The notes below the pieces were generated by a model. It made no database searches. It saw only the letters and a program-made list of their open reading frames with translations, and was not told the DNA's origin. Shown here piece after piece: positions 39,032 to 48,998 of a DNA stretch of 64,000 nucleotides. The position numbers were made by a program, and so were the translations under genes. Position 1 is the stretch's first letter; each line of letters opens with the position of its first letter. This DNA is from Candidatus Latescibacterota bacterium (GTDB lineage Bacteria > Latescibacterota > UBA2968 > GCA-2709665): the NCBI GenBank assembly GCA_965226795.1, contig CBDDDZ010000005.1, positions 480,001-544,000 on the forward strand. Direction: 5' to 3'.

Positions 39032-40318
39032 TTGATGGTAATTGACAAGTCCAAAAACTTGCTGACCGCACGAATCTCTAATTGTGTCCCTCGCGCGCAG
39101 TTCGCCGATTTCTTCGGGGGCCTCGTAGATTCGCCTACAGTGCGGCGAATCTACGAGGCCAGGCAGCACGGGCTGCTTACGTCTATCAAAGAGATCATCG
39201 TCCCGCAGCCTGAATTAAACGCGCTGGTCTCCGAACTCGAGGGCTCGCTTGGCGCTTTCAAGTCAGCGGATTCCGATTCGGTCGGCAATGGTCTATACCT
39301 CTTGATGGGTACTTCCGGCTCCCCCAGACTTCCCTCGGTCGAGGACTACGCGAAGATCCTGGTGCTCGCCGCCGCCCGCATCGGTACGGCTCGTGTCGTG
39401 GGGTTGTTCTCCGCTTGGCAACAAGGTGCGCTTGTCCCCTCTCGTTCCTGCGCGCTGTTGAAGGGAATTGAGACGGAACGAGCCCTAGAGCCTGTGAAGG
39501 GGATGCGCCTCGAAACTCTACCGCCCAATCCAGGCTTCCGATCCACATCGATGCGGATCGACGAATACGGCACGCCACGCGACGACGATCTCGACAACCA
39601 CGTAATGCTCACCCTTAAGTACGAAACCATCTGCGGACTCTACGACCCGACGTCCTACCGCGAGAGTTTTCCCCACCATTTGCCGCGTCGGCCTGTGAAT
39701 CCTGAACTGAAGGCACTGACATTTCAACGTTTCTGCAGCGCGATGTCACTCGAAGTAAACGGCTATGTGGATTGGTTCGTACAATGGAACGACTACGCCG
39801 ACGTAGAGGCGTTTTCGCTTCAACCGAACTTCTCAAGCATCACCAGGGACATCCACAGCCGGTCCGCAAAACCGGTTTCGGAGGATCTTGTCGTTGGGTG
39901 CCTAAGAACCGACGCTAATTTAGGCAGGTTTCAGAATGAACTTGCTCTCCCGGTCGCCAGGTGGTTGCGCTCAACACGCTCGCCGTCCGCACACGAACAG
40001 TTGGTAGAACTCCGGATCGCATTGGAATCCCTCTTTCTTCCCAACGACCACGAGGGAGAAAAAAGCTTTCGCCTCGCGGTTCGGGGTGCCCGGTTCCTGA
40101 CCGAAAACCACCAGGAACGAAAAACCTACTTCAAAGCGCTGCGCAGTGTCTACGCGCGCGCCTCTGCAGTTATACACGGAGGGCCACTGAAGGAAAAAAA
40201 GGGACAAGAAATCGCGGGGGAAATAGCGCAGGTCCAGGATATTTGCCGCGACGCGATACTGCGCATTGCCCGAGCTGAAAAGATGCCGGACTGGTCGGAA
40301 GTCGTCTTGGGAGGTTGA
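39032..40318 (+). CDS. ApeA-like HEPN domain protein (start uncertain)
   Basis: C-terminal LRIALESLF, SFRLAVRGARFL, VYARASAVIHGG (R-x5-H). Confidence 0.7.
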   Translation: MMVIDKSKNLLTARISNCVPRAQFADFFGGLVDSPTVRRIYEARQHGLLTSIKEIIVPQPELNALVSELEGSLGAFKSADSDSVGNGLYLLMGTSGSPRLPSVEDYAKILVLAAARIGTARVVGLFSAWQQGALVPSRSCALLKGIETERALEPVKGMRLETLPPNPGFRSTSMRIDEYGTPRDDDLDNHVMLTLKYETICGLYDPTSYRESFPHHLPRRPVNPELKALTFQRFCSAMSLEVNGYVDWFVQWNDYADVEAFSLQPNFSSITRDIHSRSAKPVSEDLVVGCLRTDANLGRFQNELALPVARWLRSTRSPSAHEQLVELRIALESLFLPNDHEGEKSFRLAVRGARFLTENHQERKTYFKALRSVYARASAVIHGGPLKEKKGQEIAGEIAQVQDICRDAILRIARAEKMPDWSEVVLGG

Positions 40319-40556
40319 TTTCCAAATTCCGTGTGCTTACCTCGATGGCAGGGCGCCGCGGGGTATTGAAGCCACCCACAACATGCTCGTGCGCATCGCC
40401 AAGTTAGGATTGGAGCCACGTCAACCAGTCCGGCGACAAGTGACCCCAAACCTCGTTGTCCGCCTCGTCCTTCATCGGCCATTCGCTCGGCTGTGTATAC
40501 AGGCTCACCTCAAATCGCGTGCATGCGGCCGCAAACTCAACTGGTAAGGTTTTCAC

Positions 40557-43478
40557 GTGCCCCAAACCAATGAAATCGCCTTCAATTTCGAGCTGTCGAA
40601 CGTGCTCCGCACCAAGCATCCGCGCTGGGGTGACCGTATTACTGCGGAACAAACAAACGTCTTCCGCGAGAGCGCCCGGCAGCCGGACGTGGTCATTCGC
40701 CCGCCAGGTGGCGTCCCGGTGGTCCTCGAAACCGAGTATGAACCGGCCCGCGGCGTCGAAGAGGACGCGAGGAAACGCCTGGGAAGCTCCTTGAAGTACG
40801 CGGGCGACCAGATCGAGCAGACCATTGCCGTGCAGGTCCCGAAAGACCTGAGCCAGGCGCCTCAGGCGGAACTGAAGCACCGGATCGAAGGCGCGGAGTT
40901 CCGTTATTGTATATATTCGCTGCAAGAAGCGGATGCGGCCACGCGGTGGCCAGCCACGGGTTGGCTGATCGGTACCATCGACGATCTCGCGACCTGTATT
41001 GAAAACGTAGCGCTGTCCGAGCGGCTACTGGCTCAAGGAACACACATTTTGGAGCAAAGCATCCGCGAGGCTGCCGGTAAGCTACGGGAATCAGCTGGCA
41101 CAAATGCGCTGGCGAGCATCGCGAATTCCCTCCACCAGGAGGATGGCGAGCAAACCTCGCGGATGGCGATGGCCATCGTCGCCAACGCACTCGTTGTTCA
41201 CACTGCAATTGTTCAAGCGCACGACATTGCCACGATCGACCAACTGCGCATTCCGGGGCGCAGCGACGTCAGCAAGAGCCGATTGCTCGAATGCTGGCAG
41301 CATATCCTCGATGACATCAATTACTATCCGATCTTCCGCATCGCGTCCGATTTGCTCCTGCCGATTCCCGACGCGGCGGCGAACGCGGTACTCAATCGCC
41401 TCGCTCAGGCGGCCAGCGATTTGGCGGGTTTGGGGGCTACCACCCTGCACGACCTATCCGGACGTATGTTCCAGACGCTGATCGCCGACCGGAAGTTCCT
41501 CGCCACGTTTTATACGCTGCCGACTTCGGCCGCCCTGCTCGCCGAGTTGGCGGTATCCCGTCTGGACGTGGATACGGATTGGTCCGACCCGGACGCACTC
41601 GTCCGTCTCCAGGTTGCCGACCTGGCATGCGGCACGGGCACCCTGCTCTCAGCCGCATATCGCGCCCTGGCAGGGCGCTATCGGCGTACGGGCGGCGACG
41701 ATCAGGCGCTGCACCGGCAGATGATGGAACGCGCCCTCATCGCGGCGGACATCATGCCGGCAGCTTCGCATCTTACCGCATCCATGCTGTCGAGCGCGCA
41801 TCCTGGCACGACCTTTGGCCGCACCCGCGTCCACACCCTGCCTTACGGACGGCAGGACCAGCAAAAACGGCATGCGATGGCGTTGGGCGCCCTCGACCTG
41901 ATTGAAGATGACGCGGCGCCATCGCTATTTGGTACCGGCGTAAAAGTAGTGCAAGGCACGCGCGCGGACGTGGAGAGCGAGGGGAGCCAGGATATGATCC
42001 TCCCCCGCGAAACAGCCGATCTGGTGATTATGAATCCTCCCTTCACTCGGCCAACGAACCACGAGAAAACCAAAAAGCCGGTGCCGTCATTTGCAGGTTT
42101 GGGTAGAGGTAAAGATGAACAGCGGCAAATGAGCACTCGGTTAAAGGGGATATGCGCCAAGCTGAAAAAGAGCGGTAATCTAGCTGGTCACGGCAACGCC
42201 GGGTTGGCCTCCAACTTCATTGACTTGGCCCACGCCAAGACCAGGCCCGGGGGCGTACTCGCGCTGGTGCTGCCGGCCTCGTTTGTTAGCGGCAGTTCCT
42301 GGAAGGACGCCCGTAGATTGCTGGAAAGCGAGTACGAAGACTTGGCCGTGCTGACGATTGCAGCGCACGGCGATACGGATCGGGCTTTTTCGGCCGATAC
42401 GGGCATGGCCGAGGCTCTTGTCGTAGCCACCAGGCGTCGTGCCGTACGCAAGGGAAACGGGGAGACGCTGTTCGTCAATCTGTATCATAGGCCTCACAGC
42501 CTCGCGGAAGCCTTTGAAATGGCACGGGCTGTACGTCGCCTCTTCTCCGCACAGGCGACACGACAAGGACGACTGTGCATAGGCGACCGTGAGACCATCG
42601 GCACGTACATTCGGGCTCCGTTGAGCCAGGGCGGTTGCGCGTCCCTGCGCGAGACAGGGCTTGCCGACACGGCCCTCGGCTTATTGGAAATAACTCTGCG
42701 ACTGCCTCAAGGATACGCCGCACCACTTGCCACGATTTGCCTCGGTGCTCTTGGCGAAAAGGGACTTGTCGACCGCGACATATCAGGAAAGTCCAGCAGC
42801 GGAAAACCGAGAGGCCCGTTTGAGATTATACCCATTCAGGGAGTACCGCAATATCCGGTTTTGTGGGGGCATGACGCCCAGCGCGAACGGAGCCTCGTCA
42901 TTCCGCCCGAAAGCGAAGGCGAGGTGCGCCCCGGCTGCGAAGACCGAGCCGTGCCCGTCTGGAATCGCACCGCCTCGCGGCTGCACTTCAACCGCGATTT
43001 TCAGATTAACTCGCAAAGCCTTACGGCATGCCTCACGCCCGCAAAAACGATCGGCGGTAGAGCGTGGCCTAACTTCATCCTGGAGCGAGAAGAGTTGACC
43101 CTCCCCCTTGTCTTGTGGTCAAACACGACTCTGGGACTCCTCGCCTTCTGGTGGGCCGGCACCAGACAGCAGCAGGGACGGGCGTGTCTCACGATCACCC
43201 AGTTACCCCGCCTGACGGTCCTGGACCCGCGCACCCTCAGCGAGGATCAGCTCGCCCAGGCCACGACCATCTTTGAGCGATTCAGGGAAAGGGAATTCCT
43301 GCCGGCCAATGAGGCATATCGGGATGCCGTGCGCCAGGATCTTGACCGCGCCGTTTTGGTGGAACTGTTGCGCCTGCCCGAAGGAGTCCTCGAATCGCTC
43401 GCGATTCTGCGCAACCAATGGTGCGCCGAGCCAAGCGTCCATGGGGGTAAGAAGACAAAGATTGATACGCCGACATGA
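40557..43478 (+). CDS. Type IIG-like fused restriction endonuclease / N6-adenine methyltransferase
   Basis: N-terminal PD-x10-ETE nuclease-like motif, TFYT, DLACGTGTLL (SAM binding), MNPPF (catalytic). Confidence 0.88.
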   Translation: MPQTNEIAFNFELSNVLRTKHPRWGDRITAEQTNVFRESARQPDVVIRPPGGVPVVLETEYEPARGVEEDARKRLGSSLKYAGDQIEQTIAVQVPKDLSQAPQAELKHRIEGAEFRYCIYSLQEADAATRWPATGWLIGTIDDLATCIENVALSERLLAQGTHILEQSIREAAGKLRESAGTNALASIANSLHQEDGEQTSRMAMAIVANALVVHTAIVQAHDIATIDQLRIPGRSDVSKSRLLECWQHILDDINYYPIFRIASDLLLPIPDAAANAVLNRLAQAASDLAGLGATTLHDLSGRMFQTLIADRKFLATFYTLPTSAALLAELAVSRLDVDTDWSDPDALVRLQVADLACGTGTLLSAAYRALAGRYRRTGGDDQALHRQMMERALIAADIMPAASHLTASMLSSAHPGTTFGRTRVHTLPYGRQDQQKRHAMALGALDLIEDDAAPSLFGTGVKVVQGTRADVESEGSQDMILPRETADLVIMNPPFTRPTNHEKTKKPVPSFAGLGRGKDEQRQMSTRLKGICAKLKKSGNLAGHGNAGLASNFIDLAHAKTRPGGVLALVLPASFVSGSSWKDARRLLESEYEDLAVLTIAAHGDTDRAFSADTGMAEALVVATRRRAVRKGNGETLFVNLYHRPHSLAEAFEMARAVRRLFSAQATRQGRLCIGDRETIGTYIRAPLSQGGCASLRETGLADTALGLLEITLRLPQGYAAPLATICLGALGEKGLVDRDISGKSSSGKPRGPFEIIPIQGVPQYPVLWGHDAQRERSLVIPPESEGEVRPGCEDRAVPVWNRTASRLHFNRDFQINSQSLTACLTPAKTIGGRAWPNFILEREELTLPLVLWSNTTLGLLAFWWAGTRQQQGRACLTITQLPRLTVLDPRTLSEDQLAQATTIFERFREREFLPANEAYRDAVRQDLDRAVLVELLRLPEGVLESLAILRNQWCAEPSVHGGKKTKIDTPT

Positions 43479-43768
43479 TCTCGCTGAAGTCCAACTACAT
43501 TCAATTAGACACGATCATCCTTTGAATTTGTGCTGATGGCGTTAGTACCGCGATTTGTGCCGTGAGTAATGATAGTGTCGATCTGTTGTGCGCTGACTTT
43601 GCTGCTATGTGGCTCACGGCTGGAGGTTGTTTTTGGTCCTTAATCCTTGTACGGGTTATAGTTGTCTAACAGTTAGTTCGTGCTTTTTCTCTGGTCATTG
43701 GCGACCCAGAATTGAACTCGACAACGTTGCTTCAGGTTGAGAGTTCGGAAATCAGGAGGAGACAAGGC

Positions 43769-44379
43769 ATGAGCGACTGGCTCTAGAAATAGTACAAATT
43801 TTAGCAATATGCATAGTCTTGTTCCTATTAAAACAGTTTGGGACGCTCTACATAACTAAGAAGGGCGAAAACCTTGCGACGAAACAGGATATAAGGAAGA
43901 TTACCGACGAAATTGAAAAGGTCCGCTCGGTATACGCGAAGCATTTGGAAGACATATCACAGCAGAATTGTCTTATCTTGGAACAGGCAAAACAGAAACA
44001 CGAACTCAGAGTCGCCGCATTGGACCGCCGCCTCGAAGCACATCAACAGGCATTCACGCTGTGGCGGAGGCTTCTACACAAAGTTCACGATGAAGAGATT
44101 GGTAAAATCGTTCTGGAATGTCAGGAATGGTGGGTGAAAAACTGCCTTTACTTGGATGCCGAATCAAGGGCTGCCTTTCGGGACGCGTACCATGCAGCAT
44201 TCTTGCATCGGGATCTTGTCGATGGATATCGGGAAAATCCAGAAGGTAGTGAGAAAATCATAGAGAACTTCAAGGTAATCACCGATGCAGGTGAGCAGCT
44301 CGTGGAGGCTGCGGAACTTCCGAGTCTGGGCGAGAAAGAGTATAAGCCCATCGATCCACCAGAATCGGTCGAGGATTAG
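43769..44379 (+). pseudogene. Hypothetical N-anchored protein with an apparent 2-nt frameshift just after the start
   Basis: SD AGGAGG + ATG AGC GAC TGG, then CTCTAGAA; the long frame (LEIVQILAICIVLFLL...KGENLATKQDI) is offset by 2 nt. Confidence 0.5.
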
Positions 44380-44877
44380 CCGAAGGAAACTGCACCAAGA
44401 ACCTTTGAGGATGAGAATCATGGAGAAAAAGAACAAGCTTGAGTTTTCGTCAATTCGAATCCCTAAATCATTGAATGAAGCAGTTATGGGTGCTGCGGAA
44501 TTGACTGAACAGAGTGTCGACGATTTCGTCTAAGAAAACCTTGCGACCGTGACCTGGCAAACCGAGTTTTAATGATGGTCAACAAACTTGCCACCAAACC
44601 CCAAACGGTGGCGCCCCGATACACGGTCACAGACTCATTGAACTCGTCGTCCAGGGCGTCGAATTCCGGGATGGAGACGTCAAAGCCGCCGCTTAATCCA
44701 TCAGGATGCGCTCGCCGCCATCCACAACATTTGACAATATCTCTCCCAGGCTATTTCTCCGCTCCTTCAAAAAGCCACTTTGTCTCAGCTAATGATCTCC
44801 CATATGCGGCCATTGCAGGATCGGTTTAATCGGGCTACTTGGTTGCGATTGAGGTTTCGGACTTCCGAATAACGTTT

Positions 44878-45099
44878 CTACCTTCTGGCAGTCTCCGCTT
44901 CCGACAACAGTAGGGTCTTGCCGGCACGAAAATCTTCACTCCTTTGCAACGCATCCGCCAACTCAATCTTCTCCTCATCGTCAAGACCCGGAAGTTCATC
45001 TAAGGCAAGATACTCCGGGTGTTCCCTCACTGTCTTATCTATCAACGCTTCAGCCCACTTAAGCCTGCCCACTTCATCCCCTTCATCATATTTTTCCAT
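44878..45099 (-). CDS. Small acidic hypothetical protein, antitoxin-like
   Basis: SD GGAGG; C-terminal ALQRSEDFRAGKT resembles type II antitoxin tails. Confidence 0.45.
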   Translation of the reverse strand: MEKYDEGDEVGRLKWAEALIDKTVREHPEYLALDELPGLDDEEKIELADALQRSEDFRAGKTLLLSEAETARR

Positions 45100-45258
45100 G
45101 TCCTCCCCCCTTATAACATGTCGGCTTGACAAAATCCCCCGTTTTTTTTCAGGAAAGATGAAAAAAGATATTGACAGCGGCCTCCGATACATTAGATTTC
45201 TATTGTATCAGGTACGTATCCATTATGCATCAAAAACGCAATTTATCTACTAAAGTTT

Positions 45259-45454
45259 GAGCCCACTCCGAAAAGTGAGATTCCCGTAATTTTCCTCCAA
45301 TTTGGATCATGAACGGCCATTCTTCAATATGACCTATATCCGCGTAAATCATTATATATCATAGTTATATAACAAGTATAATTTCGGTTTACTTCTGAAC
45401 AGAACACCATTTTTGACTTTGTCGGAGTCGATTTTGACTTTTCGGAGGGGACTC
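45259..45454. mobile_element. 196-bp MITE with 18-bp TIRs and AAGTTT target duplication
   Basis: Left GAGCCCACTCCGAAAAGT; right end reverse-complements to GAGTCCCCTCCGAAAAGT; AAGTTT at 45253-45258 and 45455-45460. Confidence 0.85.
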
Positions 45455-45464
45455 AAGTTTTAAA

Positions 45465-45941
45465 ATGCGTATCCTGGGTTGGATTCTTGAAATATTGGAT
45501 ACCGTCGCAAAATGGCTTTCATCAAAAAGCGAAAAAGATGGAAAAAGAGAATCAATTTGGAGCGTAACTGAAAGTGACAGAAGACGATTTGCTTACTTGT
45601 CTGTAATCCCATTCTTCGTGTCATTAATCGTTGTATCCTACCATGAAATATGGTACACGGATTTCAGCCCTCTCCATAAAACGTCCCACATAATACAAAA
45701 TGTAGGAACCATCGGCGTCTCTTGTGTGACACTCGCCTTTTTCTTATTGGAAGGAGTGGAAGTTATGAGCCTCCTATTAGGGAATGCCAGAGAACTGGTT
45801 GAACGCCGAAAAACAGCCCGCGATGAAGCAGCCGTTCAGAAATTCGTTACAAAAATCGAAGAAAAATTCGGAGCAGAAAAAACAGTATCCATTGAAGATA
45901 TTAAAAGCGTTGCACAAGACACAACCGCAAAAAACAAATAA
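45465..45941 (+). CDS. AT-rich hypothetical two-TM protein
   Basis: 158-aa ORF with two hydrophobic segments in an AT-rich tract. Confidence 0.6.
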   Translation: MRILGWILEILDTVAKWLSSKSEKDGKRESIWSVTESDRRRFAYLSVIPFFVSLIVVSYHEIWYTDFSPLHKTSHIIQNVGTIGVSCVTLAFFLLEGVEVMSLLLGNARELVERRKTARDEAAVQKFVTKIEEKFGAEKTVSIEDIKSVAQDTTAKNK

Positions 45942-46089
45942 ACCCCTTTATCCCACCATCCGGCCAACACCCGCCTGCCAGTATTACAATTGGCAGGCTT
46001 TGTTCTGCCAACCACTTAATCCCTGTTAATTGCCTGGTTAACCAATCGCCCCGTCACAACATGAGACAAGGAAGCGACGTAAGTACTTT

Positions 46090-46200
46090 GCCGCTACCAA
46101 TTTGCGATATCTACCAGACAACGGATTCCGCGACGGTGGTTGTGTATTTTGTAGGGACGGTTTCGCGAACCGCCCTGCGTTCGTATGATGGATGTGGACC
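46090..46200. repeat. Junction repeat R, copy 2
   Basis: CAATTTGCGATA, GTAGGGACGGTTTCGCGAACCGCCCTGCG, GTATGATGGATGTGGAC. Confidence 0.65.
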
Positions 46201-46403
46201 TTGATTCGCCTTTCCGAAAACCTATCAAGCACCGAGGTTTGAATTCATGCGCGGTTTTTTTACCCATCTGCAGAAAACCAATTGCACACTATTCTTGGGA
46301 ATGATATATTCGCTATGAAGGCGGGAAGCAGTCGCCAGCGTCCGGCCTGTTTCTTTGGGTAAGGTCGATTCTGAGACGTCTAATGATTCTCCAGGAGGAT
46401 CCA

Positions 46404-46589
46404 ATGTCTGCAGGTAATTTAACTGCCGTGATCAGAAAAGAGGATGATTTGTACGTTGCGGATTGCCCGGCATTGGGTACAGTAAGTCAGGGCACTTCCC
46501 CGAAGGAAGCGTTGGAAAACCTCAAGGAGGCCACAACACTCTATCTTGAAGAAACTGGAGCTACGGTGACGGAGTTCAATATTGCCTAA
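46404..46589 (+). CDS. hicB: HicB-like antitoxin
   Basis: Near-identical to 38622-38798; overlaps hicA. Confidence 0.85.
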   Translation: MSAGNLTAVIRKEDDLYVADCPALGTVSQGTSPKEALENLKEATTLYLEETGATVTEFNIA

Positions 46590-46812
46590 ATTGCCGTCGG
46601 ACAAATCGGGCAGTGAAGTAATAGCAGCACTCCAAAAACCCGGGTTCAGCTTTGTGAGACAAACGGGAAGCCATGTAGTGCTTAAACGCTTCGATCCAAT
46701 CAGAAGCAGAGTGGCGGTTGTTCCTGTGCATAGACGATTGGCGCGCGGAACAATACGAGGTATACTCACACAGGCGGGAATAGACAGGGACGAGTTTCTA
46801 CGTGTAATTTAG
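46582..46812 (+). CDS. hicA: HicA-family toxin
   Basis: GFSFVRQTGSHVVL, VPVH-x2-LARGTIRGILTQAG. Confidence 0.88.
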   Translation: MPKLPSDKSGSEVIAALQKPGFSFVRQTGSHVVLKRFDPIRSRVAVVPVHRRLARGTIRGILTQAGIDRDEFLRVI

Positions 46813-46974
46813 GGATTGAATAATGCTCCATGGGCAGGGTTTGTCGGCAAAAGCGACAGACCCTTTCGTATGTCGTAGGAGATCCGTATGCGGTCTATAT
46901 GTACGCTTGAGCAAAGCCTTGCGATTGGCGTCGATTCGTCAGAAGACCGCAGCCACTACGCTTCATAAAGACCC

Positions 46975-47090
46975 GGGTCACTGTTGCAAATTGCGACACC
47001 TAACAAATACAGGGTACGATGGCGGTGGTAGGGTTATTTGAAGGGGGCGGTTTCGTGAACTGGCCTGCGACGGTGTGATGGATGTGGACG
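46975..47090. repeat. Junction repeat R, copy 3
   Basis: CTGTTGCAAATTGCGACACC, TACGATGGCGGT, GGGGCGGTTTCGTGAACTGGCCTGCG, GATGGATGTGGAC. Confidence 0.7.
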
Positions 47091-47111
47091 GGGTCTCCCT
47101 TATCGTACGCA

Positions 47112-47493
47112 AGATGAGTGGACCCTCCCGTTCGTACAGTGGCGAAACAGAACGCAGGGACTTCTCTCCTTCTGGTGGAACGGAACGCGACGGCGGCAAG
47201 GCCGGGCGTGTCTCAGGATTACTCAGCTGCCCCGCCTGACGGTCCTGGACCCGCGCGCCCGCAGCGAGGATCAGCTATCTCAGGCCACGTCCATCTTTGA
47301 GCGATTCAGGGAAAGGGAATTCCTGCCGGCCAACGAGGCATATCGGGATGAGGTACGCCAGGATCTTGACCGCGCGGTACTCACGGAACTGTTGCTCCTT
47401 CCCGACGGGGTTCTCGAAGCGCTCGCCATCTTGCGCGATCAATGGTGCGCTGAGCCAAGCGTCCGTGGTGGTAAGAAGACAAGGATTGTCTAA
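47112..47493 (+). pseudogene. 3' fragment of a paralogue of the type IIG R-M gene
   Basis: Aligns to about 43088-43465; translates LPRLTVLDPR...EFLPANEAYRD...QWCAEPSVRGGKKTRIV*. Confidence 0.85.
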
Positions 47494-47509
47494 CGCGCCA
47501 CCCACGCAA

Positions 47510-47809
47510 GAATGCATACAGACTTGGGTAAGATTCAGGCGCCGTGTCGTACATCTTTCGGGACAGCTTTTCTTCCCGCACGAACGATTCGCCGTCGGGG
47601 CGGAAGCGGTTTGGGTAGAGTTGGGGCCGTTTGCCGAAGACGAGAAGGAAGACATGATCCACGAACTGAATGCCGAGGTCACACGTCTTTTGTGCTTGAA
47701 CGAGCCGCAACTCATGCGGATTCTTGAGAACATTGACGAACGATCGCGCCATCAAGAGCACCTGGACGGAGTGCTGCGCCGTTCCCGTACATGGAGGAGT
47801 CCCCATTGA
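47510..47809 (+). pseudogene. Probable 3' fragment of a different large R-M-type gene
   Basis: ERFAVGAEAVWVELGPFAEDEKEDMIHELNAEVTRLLCLNEPQL resembles the ELDA-x-VA-x-LYGL C-termini of type IIG/Eco57I-like enzymes. Confidence 0.45.
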
Positions 47810-48993
47810 CACTGCGCGTCAACGTCAAACCGGAGTTATTTCGCTTGGCGCGGGAGCGGGCGGGCATTCACGTGGATGCTCTGGTGAAGCGATTTCCCAG
47901 ATATCTCGAGTGGGAATGCGGTGAAAAACAGCCAACGCTCAAGCAACTGGAGAAACTTGCCCGTGTCACCCATGCGCCGATCGGTTCTTGCTTTCTTTCT
48001 TTCGGAGCCGCTTGATGAACCGGTCCCGATTCCTGACATGCGAACGATCGGCAGTGAGATCGTGGGACGGCCCAGTGTCGAACTTCTGGATACCGTCTAT
48101 CTCTGCTTACAACGTCAGGATTGGTACCGGGACTATGCACGCATCGAGGGAGAGGATCCGCTACGGTTCGTTGGGTCCGAGACGACTCGGAGCGACGTTG
48201 AGTCCACTGCGGAAAGGATTAGAGGCGAACTGGGTTTCGACGTCAATGAGCGACGCAAACTGCGTACCTGGACCGAGGCGCTAAGGCGCTTTATTGAGCA
48301 GGCTGATTCACTGGGTATATTGGTGATGACAAGCGGGATTGTTGGCAATAATACCAACCGCAGGATGTACCCCGAAGAGTTTCGGGGCTTCGCCTTGAGC
48401 GACGATCTTGCACCGCTTGTATTCATTAACGGGGCCGACACCAGGGCGGCTCAAATGTTCACGATGGCTCACGAACTCGCACACATCTGGCTCGGCAAGT
48501 CGGCGCTCTCCGACGTTGGTGCTGTTTCCGTGCCGTCCCACGACGTAGTGGGTTGGTGCAACCGGGTCGCTGCCGAGCTTCTCGTGCCATTTGCGTCATT
48601 ACTTGAGAGTTACCGTGAGAGCGAGGAACTTCCAATTCAACTCAACCGCCTTGCACGAGAATACAAAGTCAGCACGTTGGTCGTGCTGCGGCGGCTTCAC
48701 GACGTCGGTGTACTCGACCGTGAGGAACTCAGGTCCGCCTACGGCCGGGAACTGGATCGCATAAGGAACATTGAACCGACAAGCGGCGGCAGTTTCCATC
48801 CAACGCTCAGGGCGCGCGTAGGCCGGCGGTTTGGCGGTGCCATTGTGACCAGCACATTAGGAGGACGGACTTCTTTTTCCGAGTCCTTCCGCCTTCTCGG
48901 TAAAAAAAAGTGTCGACGTTGCGGGCCTTCGCGGCAAGCCTGGAAGTGGGACCATCGAGCACGTTTTTGCGTCTCTTTGAAACGAGGTACTGA
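47807..48993 (+). pseudogene. XRE-HTH + ImmA/IrrE metalloendopeptidase with two frameshifts
   Basis: WECGEKQPTLKQLEKLA (HTH), EEFRGFAL, FTMAHELAHIWLG (HExxH); frameshifts at (CTTT)3 near 47990-48002 and A8 at 48902-48909. Confidence 0.8.
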
Positions 48994-48998
48994 ACGAG

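Noticed and set aside
43485..43690. Integron attC sites (GTCCAAC, GTCTAAC, GTTAG; CATTCAATTAGACA also at 9541)
   Set aside because: Could not build a paired R''/L''/L'/R' hairpin and there is no intI; the short matches may be chance.
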